Assembly (NCBI GenBank): GCA_943788395.1
Contig: CALSQC010000001.1
Span: 647,035-711,034 of the forward strand
Length of the DNA: 64,000 nt
Reading direction: 5' to 3'
Origin: an uncultured Candidatus Pelagibacter sp.
GTDB taxonomy: Bacteria > Pseudomonadota > Alphaproteobacteria > Pelagibacterales > Pelagibacteraceae
Part shown: piece by piece, positions 63,479 through 64,000 of the stretch
Layout: each line of letters begins with the position of its first letter
Position numbering within the stretch: position 1 is the first letter of the stretch
Translations under genes and position numbers: made by a program
The notes under the pieces: generated by a model
The model's database searches: none
What the model was told of the DNA's origin: nothing
The model's input: the letters and a program-made list of their open reading frames with translations, nothing else

Positions 63479-64000
63479 TGAAAAAAATTAAAAGAGCTCT
63501 AATCTCTGTTTCTGATAAAAATAATCTTATAAATCTTTTAAAGGTTTTAAAAAAATATAATATTGAAATAATAAGTTCAGGTGGAACATTTAAGGAAATT
63601 AGAAAATTAAAATATAAATGTCTTGAAGTTTCAGATTATACACATTCTCCAGAAATACTTGATGGAAGAGTTAAAACATTACACCCAAAAATACATGCTG
63701 GTTTATTAAGCAAAAGAAATAACAAATCTCATCAAAAAGATTTAAAAAAATACAATTTTAAAGAAATTGATCTTGTAATTGTTAATTTTTATCCTTTTGA
63801 AAAAACGTTAGAAAAAACAAAGAAACACTCAGAAATTATTGAAAATATTGATGTTGGTGGCCCAACTATGGTTAGAGCTGCCGCAAAAAATTATAATGAC
63901 GTTACTGTTTTAACTTCTACCAAACAATATAGTGACTTAATTGATGAAATAGAAAAAAATAAAGGATCAACTTCTTTAAATTTTAGAGAGAGAATGTCTT
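63478..64000 (+). CDS. purH: bifunctional AICAR transformylase / IMP cyclohydrolase; 3' end runs off the window
   Basis: My translation is MKKIKRALISVSDKNNLINLLK...SSGGT...LDGRVKTLHPKIHAGLL...NFYPF...ENIDVGGPTMVRAAAKN. The start overlaps the preceding TAA (TAATG). Confidence 0.92.
   Translation, partial: MKKIKRALISVSDKNNLINLLKVLKKYNIEIISSGGTFKEIRKLKYKCLEVSDYTHSPEILDGRVKTLHPKIHAGLLSKRNNKSHQKDLKKYNFKEIDLVIVNFYPFEKTLEKTKKHSEIIENIDVGGPTMVRAAAKNYNDVTVLTSTKQYSDLIDEIEKNKGSTSLNFRERMS

Noticed and set aside
1-64000. Defence islands, toxin-antitoxin pairs, prophage or transposable elements as the hidden novel system.
   Set aside because: Every sizeable ORF is accounted for by metabolic, housekeeping or membrane functions. 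I saw no nuclease, helicase, ATPase, methylase-restriction, integrase or transposase signatures.

Overview
The window is a visibly AT-rich, very gene-dense chromosomal segment; adjacent genes often overlap by 1-17 nt. Gene content, synteny and one recognised protein point to a SAR11 / Pelagibacter-type alphaproteobacterium. That protein is the 369-aa GcvT-family enzyme at 5478..6587, which I recognise from memory as Pelagibacter DmdA; I could not verify this by search.

Gene order, left to right:
- mmsA (partial), sdhCDAB, asd
- the DMSP demethylation cluster: dmdA, an alpha/beta-hydrolase, dmdB, dmdC
- leuBDC, then rplS-trmD-rpsP-ffh with no rimM
- dapF-ftsY, a hydrolase and an EamA transporter
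- an amidase plus a TRAP transporter (dctMQP)
- a glycolate/glyoxylate block: 2-hydroxyacid dehydrogenase, glcFED, an aminotransferase and an FMN 2-hydroxyacid oxidase
- a PagL-like gene and ccmHGFEDC
- housekeeping genes: hspQ-like, yciB, a BI-1 family gene, an aldo/keto reductase, argG
- a photolyase-centred block, then folD, an MscS channel, hemDC, tsaD and an EVE-domain gene
- acs, then a DUF4212 plus sodium:solute symporter pair, rpe, a heparinase II/III-like gene and purH (partial)

I found no rRNA, tRNA, CRISPR array, transposase, integrase, phage or recognisable defence genes.

The most unusual observation is about 28 reading-frame lesions, traced by hand: 1-bp indels, one in-frame TAG and one diverged tandem duplication.
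- They sit almost entirely in two blocks, 23.8-31.2 kb (TRAP dctQ plus the glycolate-to-glycine route) and 44.3-52.5 kb (two photolyase-family genes and their neighbours).
- Genes elsewhere in the window, about 40 kb in total, read through cleanly, including long ORFs with A8-A11 runs.
- The cause is either real, function-specific gene decay, which would be unexpected in a lineage known for lacking pseudogenes, or locally poor consensus sequence. Only read-level data can decide.

Secondary observations:
- a perfect 48-bp x4.6 tandem repeat forms a tail on ribosomal protein S16
- a 30-bp x4.5 repeat forms a basic N-terminal extension on Acs
- two intergenic islands carry strong palindromes or hairpins
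- an uncharacterised hydrolase is translationally coupled inside the dmd cluster
- a 40-aa DUF2256 ORF was missed by the ORF track

I did not find a clearly novel multi-gene system, and I say so rather than inventing one.
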